Shown: one piece after another, positions 39,158 to 48,469 of the stretch | Layout of the letters: every line of letters begins with the position of its first letter | How positions within the stretch are numbered: the stretch's first letter is position 1 | NCBI GenBank assembly: GCA_944393695.1 | Contig: CALYAY010000010.1 | Location: 994 to 64,993 of the forward strand | Direction: 5' to 3' | DNA length: 64,000 nt | From: an uncultured Alphaproteobacteria bacterium | GTDB taxonomy: Bacteria; Pseudomonadota; Alphaproteobacteria; RF32; CAG-239 | Made by a program: the position numbers and the translations under genes | Notes under the pieces: generated by a model | What the model saw: the letters and a program-made list of their open reading frames with translations, nothing else | What the model was told of the DNA's origin: nothing | The model's database searches: none

Positions 39158-40048
39158 ATGAGCAAATCTGTTGTTTACTTCACCCGCAACATCACCCCCG
39201 ACAGCCTCGTCGACATTTACAACCGGCTGGGCCGCAAACTGGAAGGCCGTATCGGCGTAAAGATTTCCACCGGTGAACCCGGCGGACACAACTACCTCAA
39301 ACCGGAACTCATCGGCAAACTGGTCAAAGAACTTAATGCCGCCATCATTGAATGCAACACCGCCTATGCCGGCCGCCGCAATACACTGGACGCTCACCTG
39401 AAAACCATTGAAGAACACGGCTTCACCCAAATTGCCAAAGTCGACATCATGGACAGCGAAGGCGAAATCGAAATCCCTGCCAATGGTAAACATCTTGACG
39501 TTGACATTGTCGGCAGTCATCTGAAAGACTACGATTCCATTCTGAACCTGGCTCATTTCAAAGGCCATGCCATGGGCGGTTTCGGCGGCGTCATAAAAAA
39601 CCAATCCATCGGCATTGCATCCAGCAGCGGCAAAGCCTATATCCACACCGCCGGTGCCACCCGCAAGCCGGAAGAACTATGGGACAAACTCCCGGCTCAG
39701 AATGACTTTTTGGAATCAATGGCCGAAGCCGCCAAAGCCGTTGCCGATTATATGAAAGGCAACATCCTTTATATTGACGTCATGAACAACCTGTCAGTAG
39801 ATTGCGACTGCGATTCTCATCCCGAAGACCCCTGCATGGCCGACATCGGCATTCTTGCCTCGACTGATCCGGTAGCTCTTGATCAGGCCTGCATTGATAA
39901 GATCTGGTCATCAAACGATCCCGGCCGCGACCACTTCATCGCCCGGGTCGAACGGCAAAACGGACGCCATATTCTGCCCTATGCCGAACAAATCGGCTTA
40001 GGTTCCCGCAACTATGAATTAATAGACATGGATACCGGGAGACTTTAA
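39158..40048 (+). CDS. DUF362 family protein
   Basis: GGAGG RBS. 296 aa with the conserved 'VDCDCDSHPEDP' Cys-x-Cys cluster as I recall for DUF362. Confidence 0.5.
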   Translation: MSKSVVYFTRNITPDSLVDIYNRLGRKLEGRIGVKISTGEPGGHNYLKPELIGKLVKELNAAIIECNTAYAGRRNTLDAHLKTIEEHGFTQIAKVDIMDSEGEIEIPANGKHLDVDIVGSHLKDYDSILNLAHFKGHAMGGFGGVIKNQSIGIASSSGKAYIHTAGATRKPEELWDKLPAQNDFLESMAEAAKAVADYMKGNILYIDVMNNLSVDCDCDSHPEDPCMADIGILASTDPVALDQACIDKIWSSNDPGRDHFIARVERQNGRHILPYAEQIGLGSRNYELIDMDTGRL

Positions 40049-40050
40049 GC

Positions 40051-41067
40051 ATGAAAAAATTAACAAGCTTTATTATAGGAACCTTTTTGCTTTTAGGAGG
40101 AAACGCTATGGCTGATAATGCTTTGACTGCCAGACAAAAATCCATTGCCGAAGCAGCATCTTACGCGGCACGCGGCGACCAGACCGGCTTAAAACAGGCC
40201 CTGATTCAGGGACTGGATGCCGGCATAACCGTTAACGAATTCAAAGAAATCCTGATTCAGGCTTATGCTTATTGCGGTTTTCCCCACAGTCTGAACGCTC
40301 TCAACACCTTAATGCAGACAGAAGAAAAACGCGGCAACAAAGACCCACAAGGCCCTCTTCCCGGCCCCAAACCCGAAGGCACCAGCCTTGAATACGGCAC
40401 ACAAAATCAGACCAGCCTGATCGGTTCCCCCGTGTCCGGCAAATTATATGAATTTGCCCCGGCAATTGACGAATACCTGAAATCTCACCTGTTCGGCGAC
40501 ATTTTTGCCCGGAACAACATCGACTGGCAAACCCGCGAACTGGCCACCATCGCCATGCTCGCTTCCCTGGATGGCACGGAAAGCCAGTTAAACAGCCATA
40601 TTCAGATTGGCAAGCATAACGGACTGACCGATAATCAGGTTGCCGAAATTCTGCAAATTGCCGGCCGCACCGGTGCTCAAAATGTCCTTTTCGGTAAAGG
40701 CAGCGAAAACACCGCTTTCGCCCGGTATTTTATCGGCACAAGCTATCTTCAGCCGCTGACTCAGCAGGGAGTCGGCATTTCCAACGTCACCTTTGAACCC
40801 AAATGCCGCAACAACTGGCACATTCATCACAAAGGCGGACAAATCCTGCTTGTTGTATCCGGCCGCGGCTGGTATCAGGAATGGGGCAAACCGGCTCAGG
40901 AACTGCACCCCGGCGACGTAGTTAACATTCCGGCTGAAGTCAAACATTGGCACGGTGCCGCCAAAGACAGCTGGTTCACTCACATTGCCGTTGCCGTCCC
41001 GGCCGAAGGTTTTTTCAACGAATGGCTGGAAGCCGTCACCGATGAAGAATACAACAAACTGAAATAA
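40051..41067 (+). CDS. Carboxymuconolactone-decarboxylase (AhpD-like) domain fused to a C-terminal cupin domain. Secreted.
   Basis: Signal peptide, two CMD-like halves, then cupin 'HIHHKGGQILLVVSGRGWYQEWGKPAQELHPGDVVNIPAEVKHWHGA'. Confidence 0.65.
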   Translation: MKKLTSFIIGTFLLLGGNAMADNALTARQKSIAEAASYAARGDQTGLKQALIQGLDAGITVNEFKEILIQAYAYCGFPHSLNALNTLMQTEEKRGNKDPQGPLPGPKPEGTSLEYGTQNQTSLIGSPVSGKLYEFAPAIDEYLKSHLFGDIFARNNIDWQTRELATIAMLASLDGTESQLNSHIQIGKHNGLTDNQVAEILQIAGRTGAQNVLFGKGSENTAFARYFIGTSYLQPLTQQGVGISNVTFEPKCRNNWHIHHKGGQILLVVSGRGWYQEWGKPAQELHPGDVVNIPAEVKHWHGAAKDSWFTHIAVAVPAEGFFNEWLEAVTDEEYNKLK

Positions 41068-41110
41068 TTTTCAGAAAATCAAAGCCCCGGACACACACGG
41101 GGCTTTTTCT

Positions 41111-41974
41111 TTACTCCGCCTGCAAAAAACCGGCAATTGCCTTATACAAATCCTGACGATTCTGCCCGGTTTGAAAATTATGCCCGCTCTGCGGAACAAT
41201 CTCAAAACTCTTCTTTCCCGGCAACGCTTTATACAATTCTTCAACATCCCGGGGCCTTATGACATTATCATCCTCAGCCGTAACCAGAAGTGTATCCGCC
41301 TTGATTCCGCCTGCCAATTTCAAAGCATCATAAGCCTTGGCCTCTTCAACAACCGCATACGGAATAACCGCCGTCTGATAATTATAAAATCCGTTCTTTT
41401 TCCAGTTTTTGCAAAAATCCGTCATATTCGCCATACAGGAATCTTCCCACATCCGGCCGCTGACCACCGGGGTTATCGGCACCAGCCGCTCCACCATTGC
41501 CGGATTTTCCGCCGCATACAGCAAAACCGCCGCTCCGCCCAAAGAATGTCCGGCAAGCGCAAACGGTTCATGATAAAATTTCTGTTTTCCGGCCCAGTCG
41601 ACAACCATTTTTAAATCCTCTTCAAATGTCTGCAAACGAACCTTAGAAACATCATTCCCGCTCTTGCCCAAAGAATACCGGGCATCAAACGTAACCACCA
41701 CATACCCGTTGTCCAGAAAGGCTTTCTTTGCCGTCTGCACTGCCGGATGCTCCATATTTGACGCCAGCCCGTGCTGAATAATCGCCAGTTTTTCATTCCC
41801 CGCATTTTCCAAACCGTCAACCCGCAGATATACCGGCTCTTCCCGCGCATCTTTAATCCATGCTTCTTTCGGCGGCAGATTTTCTTTTGCACAAGCCGTC
41901 AGCAGCACCAAAACCGCAATGCAAAACCTTTGGACGATTCCTTTTTTCAATACTTTTCCTACCATTATTTTCAT
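41111..41974 (-). CDS. Alpha/beta-hydrolase-fold esterase, lipoprotein
   Basis: Lipobox 'LLTACAK', nucleophile elbow 'GHSLGG', 287 aa. Confidence 0.7.
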   Translation of the reverse strand: MKIMVGKVLKKGIVQRFCIAVLVLLTACAKENLPPKEAWIKDAREEPVYLRVDGLENAGNEKLAIIQHGLASNMEHPAVQTAKKAFLDNGYVVVTFDARYSLGKSGNDVSKVRLQTFEEDLKMVVDWAGKQKFYHEPFALAGHSLGGAAVLLYAAENPAMVERLVPITPVVSGRMWEDSCMANMTDFCKNWKKNGFYNYQTAVIPYAVVEEAKAYDALKLAGGIKADTLLVTAEDDNVIRPRDVEELYKALPGKKSFEIVPQSGHNFQTGQNRQDLYKAIAGFLQAE

Positions 41975-42156
41975 TGTCAGACCTCCCGGATTTCAACAAT
42001 TACCGCAGACATTTCACCTTCCGGACACCACTCACCCGCCGAACCGTAAAATGCCTTTAACTTTCTACACAACAACCGTTAAGATAGACTTAAAAACAAA
42101 AGGTTCCCGCATTTCTGCAAGAACCTTTACCTCCATCACTCAAACAATTTTTTAAG

Positions 42157-42699
42157 CTAAAAATATCTTTTGAGCAAAGCTTCCAAAGCCTTGCCGTGGC
42201 GGGCCTCATCGCGGGCCATCTCATGAACGGAATCATGAATGGCATCCAGATTAAGCTCCTTGGCTTTTTTGGCAATCGCCATTTTGCCGTGGCAGGCACC
42301 GTTTTCACCGGCCAGCATTTTTTCCAGATTCGCCCTGGTCGAATTTTCAACCAGTTCACCCAGCATCTCACCAAAACGGGATGCATGCTCGGCCTCTTCT
42401 TTGGCAATCTGTTCCAAAACCACAGCCACTTCCGGATATCCCTCGCGCATAGCCTGACGCGCCATAGCCAGATACATACCCACTTCGCTGCACTCACCGT
42501 TAAAATGATTACGCAAACCTTCCAAAATCTCGCCGTCTATGCCTTTGGCAATACCGATAACATGTTCGGCGGGCCAATTCAGAGCTTCTTCTTTATAAGG
42601 AACAACTTTGTCACCCGTTGCCTTGCAAACCGGACACACCGGGGTTTCCCCGTCGGCAACTTCAAACACTTGCCCGCAAACTAAACATTTGTACTTCAT
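42157..42699 (-). CDS. Reverse rubrerythrin (N-terminal rubredoxin-like domain plus a ferritin-like diiron domain)
   Basis: 'CLVCGQVFE...CPVC' at the N-terminus, then diiron ExxH motifs ([16 protein letters not shown]). Confidence 0.85.
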   Translation of the reverse strand: MKYKCLVCGQVFEVADGETPVCPVCKATGDKVVPYKEEALNWPAEHVIGIAKGIDGEILEGLRNHFNGECSEVGMYLAMARQAMREGYPEVAVVLEQIAKEEAEHASRFGEMLGELVENSTRANLEKMLAGENGACHGKMAIAKKAKELNLDAIHDSVHEMARDEARHGKALEALLKRYF

Positions 42700-42823
42700 A
42701 TTTTGCCTCTTTCAAAAAAACTAATTAGTCCAATACGCCCCTTATATAGGAATTTTAGCCCCGGCAAGTCAAGCATCTTTGTCACCTTCCTCCATAAAAA
42801 CTCCGTTTTCTGAAAAAATATTA

Positions 42824-42852
42824 TTGACACATTAGACGAAAAGACCTATAAA
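42824..42852 (+). promoter_or_regulatory. Near-consensus sigma70-type promoter (TTGACA-N17-TATAAA) for the 42887 gene
   Basis: -35 TTGACA at 42824-42829, a 17-nt spacer, and -10 TATAAA at 42847-42852, about 35 nt upstream of the ATG. Confidence 0.5.
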
Positions 42853-42886
42853 TAACTGCATTATTTTTCAAGCATAGGATAAAAAT

Positions 42887-43861
42887 ATGACAAATAATGC
42901 AACCGACACCTCCTCAATCATCAAACAATTCATGAAAATCACCGGCGCTTCCGAAGTTTTTCTCTACGGTGGGGCTGCCATCGACCGCTATCTGGATCAC
43001 AATGCCAAAATCATGGACTATGACATTGCCATTTCCGACACCGCCGAATACACCCGGGCCATCAACAAACTGCGCCTGCTGGGCTTCGACGTGGCCAAAC
43101 CGCGCATCGCCCACAATTTGTCCACCGTTGCCAAACACAAAGACTACGGCACTTTTGACCTGGCCTGCATGAACATTGAACAAAACGGCATTTACAATCT
43201 CGAAAAATTTTATATTCAGTATTCCGCAAAATACCCCGAAGGACGCGCCGTCGACCGTTATCATACGGTACGGGCCATGCGCGAAGGCCGGCTCGAAATC
43301 GTCAACAATCCCGACAAGGAACCGGCTTATCATCTGCTGCGCCGTTTCTCCGTACTGGCCGGAAAATACAATCTCTCACTGGCGCGCAACGGCATCAACC
43401 GGCCGACAATCGACACCATTGAACGCCGCCTGACCGAAACCCCTTTAAGCAAAGAAAACGAACACGACCGCGTCCGCTGCCTGTCGCGTTTTCTGGGAGC
43501 AGTATTGCGGGCCAAAGACCATTCCGCTTACCTGGAAGGCATGGGACAGACAGGCTTAATGCGTTTTGCTTTTCCTCAAATCCAGGAACTTCTGACCGAC
43601 AAAAAATTCACCCGCAGCAAAGAAGTGCAAAACTCCAAAACAAAATTTGATTTGGTCAGCCTGATGTTGGATAATACACACAATCAAGACGGATTAATTG
43701 ACGAGATAGCCCTCTTGTCCAAACGGGAACCCGACCGCGAGGAGCCGCGTCTGATAAAAAAAATCAACACCGTCATCAACGCCCCGGCATCCAAAACGCG
43801 GATTGAACGTCTGCTAAATCCGGTATTTGCGCACATTATTAACAAAGGAAAAACTATCTGA
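42887..43861 (+). CDS. Pol-beta-superfamily nucleotidyltransferase (CCA-adding / poly(A) polymerase head-domain-like)
   Basis: 'VFLYGGAAIDRYLDHNAKIMDYDIAIS' resembles the GG..RD...(D.D) head motif of the tRNA nucleotidyltransferase family. 324 aa. Confidence 0.45.
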   Translation: MTNNATDTSSIIKQFMKITGASEVFLYGGAAIDRYLDHNAKIMDYDIAISDTAEYTRAINKLRLLGFDVAKPRIAHNLSTVAKHKDYGTFDLACMNIEQNGIYNLEKFYIQYSAKYPEGRAVDRYHTVRAMREGRLEIVNNPDKEPAYHLLRRFSVLAGKYNLSLARNGINRPTIDTIERRLTETPLSKENEHDRVRCLSRFLGAVLRAKDHSAYLEGMGQTGLMRFAFPQIQELLTDKKFTRSKEVQNSKTKFDLVSLMLDNTHNQDGLIDEIALLSKREPDREEPRLIKKINTVINAPASKTRIERLLNPVFAHIINKGKTI

Positions 43862-44625
43862 TGAAAATCACCGTCTTAGGCTCCGGCTCGGCTTATGGAA
43901 CACCAATGATACTCAACCGCTGGGACGGCTCCGATGCCTCCGATTCGCGCAACCGGCGCCTGCGGGCTTCCCTTTTTCTCGAAGACGAAGGCAAAAACCT
44001 GTTGGTCGACGCCGGCCCTGATCTGCGTGAACAGATTAACCGTGAAAATATCAATGATTTCAACGCCGTTTTCATCACCCACGCGCATTATGACCACATC
44101 GGCGGCATTCCCGAGTTGCCCCGCGCCTGCAAACTTCTGGGACACAAAATCGATATTTATGCCTCAGCCGCAACCCTGGAAGAAATCCGCCAATGCTATG
44201 CCTACCTCTTTTCCGGCAGCGGCGAACCCGACAGCGGCAGCCTGAACTGGCACGTCTTAACCGACGAACCGGCTGACATCGGCGGACTGAAAATGGATGT
44301 TTTCTTCGTCCCCCACCACCACATGCAAAGCTGCGGCTTCCGCTACAAAAATTTTGCCTACGTTACCGACTGGCAGGATTTGCCCGCCGCCGCGGCCAAA
44401 AAAATCGATGGAACCGAACTCCTGCTGGCCGAATGCAATAACGGCATGCAACCATCGGCAAACGGACACAGCAGCTGGCCGGAAATTGCTCCCCGGCTCA
44501 CCGGCTTAAACCTGCAACAGATTGTCTTAACCCACCTGGCTGCCAGAGTCGATTATCAGACTTTTCAAAATCAGCTGCCCCCAAATGTCCGGGTTGCCTA
44601 CGACCGCATGGTTATAAATATTTAA
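43861..44625 (+). CDS. Metallo-beta-lactamase-fold hydrolase (PhnP / RNase Z-like subgroup)
   Basis: 'FITHAHYDHIGG' HxHxDH motif. Start overlaps the upstream stop (ATGA). Confidence 0.75.
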   Translation: MKITVLGSGSAYGTPMILNRWDGSDASDSRNRRLRASLFLEDEGKNLLVDAGPDLREQINRENINDFNAVFITHAHYDHIGGIPELPRACKLLGHKIDIYASAATLEEIRQCYAYLFSGSGEPDSGSLNWHVLTDEPADIGGLKMDVFFVPHHHMQSCGFRYKNFAYVTDWQDLPAAAAKKIDGTELLLAECNNGMQPSANGHSSWPEIAPRLTGLNLQQIVLTHLAARVDYQTFQNQLPPNVRVAYDRMVINI

Positions 44626-44711
44626 CTTTCCTCATAATCAAATAGACAAAAAAGCATTGACGGCTTTCTTCAAAAAATATATAATCATTCCGTCAATAAA
44701 TTATTATATAC

Positions 44712-45062
44712 ATGAAAAATTTAATTATTCTCACAAACGGTTGGAATTCACCCCTGCCGCTGATTTTGATTGGTATTGCAATCATTGTTGTTATTTGCCT
44801 GACAAAACATATTCTCCGTGTACGGCAAAAAAAGCATCGGCAGCAGGCTCTGAAAAACTACGGCATTGCCCGACGTAATTTTTACTTCAATGAAAGGCTG
44901 AAAATCATGCAACATTACCGACAGCGCATCCTGGCCGGCACAATGCCTGTTGACGCCGCCTTAAAAGACGTCCGCATTCTCTTGGAAGCCAACGGCAACG
45001 ACGAATGGACCTGGAGAGAGGAATATCAAAAATTTGCCGAAGAAATGGAGACTTACCGTTAA
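44712..45062 (+). CDS. Small membrane protein, hypothetical
   Basis: 116 aa with one TM helix. Followed by an AAAGAAAGAGACT...AGTCTCTTTCTTT inverted-repeat terminator (45061-45109). Confidence 0.3.
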   Translation: MKNLIILTNGWNSPLPLILIGIAIIVVICLTKHILRVRQKKHRQQALKNYGIARRNFYFNERLKIMQHYRQRILAGTMPVDAALKDVRILLEANGNDEWTWREEYQKFAEEMETYR

Positions 45063-45168
45063 AAAAAGAAAGAGACTTTTTTCCAAAAGAAAATAGTCTC
45101 TTTCTTTTGACCGTAATGCAGATAGATTATTTAATCTGACAAAACAAAAAAAGAGAAAGTATAAACGC

Positions 45169-45714
45169 CTACCACGGGCCGCGGATAACTTTCCCCTTGG
45201 ATTTTGTGGCCTGGGAATCATCTGAAAAATCATCATCAAATTCATTTTCCGAATATCCCTGCTGAACATATGTTTGATCATATTCAGGCAATCTTGCGGG
45301 ATGATAATATTCCAGCTGTCCGAAAACATTATAACGCCAATTTCCGCATTCCTGATCATCAAGCAAAACCCGGCCATCACTCAGCGTATCGATTTTATTC
45401 GGATCAACGCCATAAGACATCGCAACATACAAACGCAATTCCTGTATCGTATTTGCCGTCAGTTCTATATGTTCCTGCCTCTCATACGCCTCTGCCTCTC
45501 GTCGTAACCTCTCAATATCCTCATAACTCAGTTCCGAACGCTTTAAATACTGCGTTCCCGGACCATAAGGCCGATTGTTTTTGGCGGAATTATTGTTCCG
45601 TACGGAAATGCTTTGAGGATTTTCCACATTATCGTCACGCTTTTGCGCCCCGTTCTTTTTTCCCAACAAACCGGCTATCACCACGCAGACCAGAATAAAA
45701 GCAACTATTTCCAT
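45169..45714 (-). CDS. Hypothetical protein with an N-terminal signal anchor
   Basis: ORF 45169..45738. Likely start MEIVAFILVCVVIAG at 45714. Acidic C-terminus. Confidence 0.35.
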   Translation of the reverse strand: MEIVAFILVCVVIAGLLGKKNGAQKRDDNVENPQSISVRNNNSAKNNRPYGPGTQYLKRSELSYEDIERLRREAEAYERQEHIELTANTIQELRLYVAMSYGVDPNKIDTLSDGRVLLDDQECGNWRYNVFGQLEYYHPARLPEYDQTYVQQGYSENEFDDDFSDDSQATKSKGKVIRGPW

Positions 45715-46109
45715 ATTTTTTCTTTTCACAAAAAACATTCATCTAAAACAACAGCTAAACTCAGGATACTTTGTTTATCAGCAAAAACAAGATATTTAAA
45801 AGAAAAATCCAAATTTTGGTATAGATTCAATTAAAATTTATATATATAAATAATCAGCAACAAGGAAGAATCTTTAATATTATTTAATTTCAATCATTGC
45901 CCCGAATTTTTACAGCTAAAACAAAAAGGGCTAGAAAATAATCTAACCCTTTGTAAATACTTGGTTGTGCTTTCAAGCCAAAGTGAGGAAAAATATAAGA
46001 AATAACCCCCTGATTTTGCATAATATTAAAAAATATCAAACCTTTACCTCAAATCCGCCACCTCAGACCCTTAAAATCTTAAGACATGGTCTGTGTTTCC
46101 ATATACAAT

Positions 46110-46976
46110 TTATTTTTCAGCAACTTGCAGGTTCTTAGTAATATCTATAAAGAAATCCTTACTCCACATGTCTAATTTATGGGGTTCGACAATAAATGGC
46201 AAAACATCTTGTTTGGCTTGCTCATAATTAATCATCTCAAATCGCTCTTTAAGCATTTCTTGAAGTTTTCCTAATGTCAACGTTTCACCGCTTTTCCAAG
46301 CACCGGAATCTTCCAGCCTTGCCTGCAAATGCGGCAGATTAACCTTTGCCTGCCGTGAGAGATAAAATACATAATCGTATAAATCCCGCCCTTTGACCCG
46401 ATTCCTCCATGAACGGCAAATAACTGCATGAATTTTTCCGGCAAATAAAGATGGCATGTCATAAAGCTTAACCTGATACGGCGACGGCAGCAGGCGGTAT
46501 TTATTTTCAAATTGCGCAAAAGCCGGCGGATTGGTATCAACTTCAAATTTTATTTTTATAACTTCATCAGGATTGATGCCAATATTCTGGATATCATAGA
46601 TATTTAAAATATGCTCTTTGGTATTTCCTTTCAAAAAGGCCGATTTTATAGCTGAATCAACCGTTTTTTGCTTTTCTTCAATCGAAAATTTCAATCCCAG
46701 CGCCGCCAATTCGCTTTCCACACCGGAAAAATAGCGATTAAACTGAAAATCCGGATTAGGCATGACCAATGAAAAATCCAGATCTTCGGAAAACCGGTCA
46801 AGCCCGTAAAAAATACGCAACGCCGTACCGCCGTAAAAAGCCACGTGCTTAAAAAATCCGGCCCGAGACAAACCGCACAAAGCCACTTCTTGCACGACCT
46901 CTTTCAGCGCATTTTTCTTTTCTTCAGTCGTATTTGTTTTGTAATTACCGAGCATCTGCTCCAAAACAGTCTGCAT
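46110..46976 (-). CDS. abiEii: AbiEii/AbiGii-family nucleotidyltransferase toxin (DUF1814), type IV TA system
   Basis: 'HVAFYGGTALRIFYGLDRFSEDLDFS' is the hallmark NTase motif of DUF1814. 288 aa. Its start overlaps the upstream AbiEi stop. Confidence 0.8.
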   Translation of the reverse strand: MQTVLEQMLGNYKTNTTEEKKNALKEVVQEVALCGLSRAGFFKHVAFYGGTALRIFYGLDRFSEDLDFSLVMPNPDFQFNRYFSGVESELAALGLKFSIEEKQKTVDSAIKSAFLKGNTKEHILNIYDIQNIGINPDEVIKIKFEVDTNPPAFAQFENKYRLLPSPYQVKLYDMPSLFAGKIHAVICRSWRNRVKGRDLYDYVFYLSRQAKVNLPHLQARLEDSGAWKSGETLTLGKLQEMLKERFEMINYEQAKQDVLPFIVEPHKLDMWSKDFFIDITKNLQVAEK

Positions 46977-47611
46977 TATTTATTTCTCCTGATTAACTTG
47001 CCTAAAAGTTTGAGATTACTTGCATGATATAACGGAGCCAACTCATTTAAGCTATTCATATTGAGCCTCCAAAATTCCTGCTCATCAATTCGCAAATCAT
47101 CAAATAAAAGAGCATGTAATTCGCTCAAATTTTTAGCCGGCGGCAAAGAATAAAGCTTATCGCACAAAGCTTTTTCAGGAGTAGCAATTTGATAAGAATA
47201 GCCGTTCTCTTCATGCAGCAAAATTCCCAACGGGTAAACTTCAAGCGGAATATCCCTATATGTAAAAATTCCAAAATGATTTTGATACTGCTTTGCTTTT
47301 CTTTTATTGAAAGTTGCCGAAGTATAAGTCCGATAAACCGCCTCGGGAATGAGCGAATACACGGCCAATGCATAATCAAAAGATAAATATGATGGCCCGA
47401 AAATTCTGCCGGCCAGATATTTTCCAGACGTATCTGCATCAGTTTCATAAAGTCCGCGAGCAACCTGTACAAGCCGTCCATCTCTTACTTCCCGCCGGAT
47501 CTTAGCTTTTATATTGCTATAATCATGAAACTTGAGTGTTAAATCATCAAACGAATATATCATATTTCCTCCAGATAGTTCCATAATACAGCACCTTTGG
47601 GAGGAAATCAA
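46976..47611 (-). CDS. abiEi: AbiEi-family antitoxin / transcriptional regulator (type IV TA system)
   Basis: About 200-aa protein directly upstream of and overlapping abiEii. 'RREVRDGRLVQVARGLYE' wHTH-like segment. The true start is probably an internal Met at 47584 or 47563. Confidence 0.65.
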   Translation of the reverse strand: MISSQRCCIMELSGGNMIYSFDDLTLKFHDYSNIKAKIRREVRDGRLVQVARGLYETDADTSGKYLAGRIFGPSYLSFDYALAVYSLIPEAVYRTYTSATFNKRKAKQYQNHFGIFTYRDIPLEVYPLGILLHEENGYSYQIATPEKALCDKLYSLPPAKNLSELHALLFDDLRIDEQEFWRLNMNSLNELAPLYHASNLKLLGKLIRRNK

Positions 47612-47665
47612 GGACTTTAAATAAAGTCTCCATCTTCCAACATATCCGTCATTCTTTTTCGGGCC

Positions 47666-48403
47666 TTAGAATACTTTCTTTAAGCATAATTTATTAATTG
47701 GACATTCAGCACAATGTTTTTGCCGGGCCATACAAAATTGGCTTCCCACATACCATAGAAAAGGATCAAGCATCCCCGGAAATTCTGGATAAATACTTCG
47801 AGCCCTGTAAATAATCATTTCATTTGACGCTTTTTCATCAATCAAACCTAAATTTATCATTATTTTTTTAACTTGAGAATCTGGAGAAATATCAACACTT
47901 TCCATATGTTTAAGCTTTACTTTCATCATTCTTGTTAGAATATTAACAGCCATTGTAGCAATTTTTATGCCACATCCTTTAAATGCCAAAAAGTTATAAA
48001 TAACGTCGGCACAATTTTCAGAACCTTTCCAGATACGTGATGCATCTCCTTCATACACTTCAACAATTTTTTTCACAGCTTCACAAAAAACATCAGACAT
48101 ATTTTTCTTAAAACGATGTTTAGTATGCTGCTTAAATATTGAAGAAATTGTCCCTGAAGAACATTTATTCCACTCGTTAATATCTGCTGTTCCAAGATGA
48201 TTTTCTACAATAAATGGAATACTCCAAGCATCATTTGCCCGGATTTGCCGATCCATTAAGCAACCAATTACAAAAAAGTGAGGATACTTCTTGTATTTTT
48301 TTAACTCTTCAAGAGGTAAACCTAAAGTCTGCTCTTTCTCATAATAATCCTTAGCTAATTTAACCAATGATTTTGTTACTTTATGCTCTTGAATCTTATT
48401 CAT
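47666..48403 (-). CDS. Endonuclease III-like HhH-GPD DNA glycosylase with a [4Fe-4S] cluster loop. Stand-alone and AT-rich.
   Basis: HhH 'FKGCGIKIATMAVNIL' (the Lys aligns with Nth K120), a downstream 'VDIS' Asp, and a C-terminal 'C-x6-C-x2-C-x5-C' (CMARQKHCAECPINKLC) Fe-S cluster loop. Confidence 0.55.
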   Translation of the reverse strand: MNKIQEHKVTKSLVKLAKDYYEKEQTLGLPLEELKKYKKYPHFFVIGCLMDRQIRANDAWSIPFIVENHLGTADINEWNKCSSGTISSIFKQHTKHRFKKNMSDVFCEAVKKIVEVYEGDASRIWKGSENCADVIYNFLAFKGCGIKIATMAVNILTRMMKVKLKHMESVDISPDSQVKKIMINLGLIDEKASNEMIIYRARSIYPEFPGMLDPFLWYVGSQFCMARQKHCAECPINKLCLKKVF

Positions 48404-48469
48404 AATCTTTCCTTAACTAAAATAAAAAACATTCACATTCTATTAGTTTATTTGCGAAATCTTCCATCT

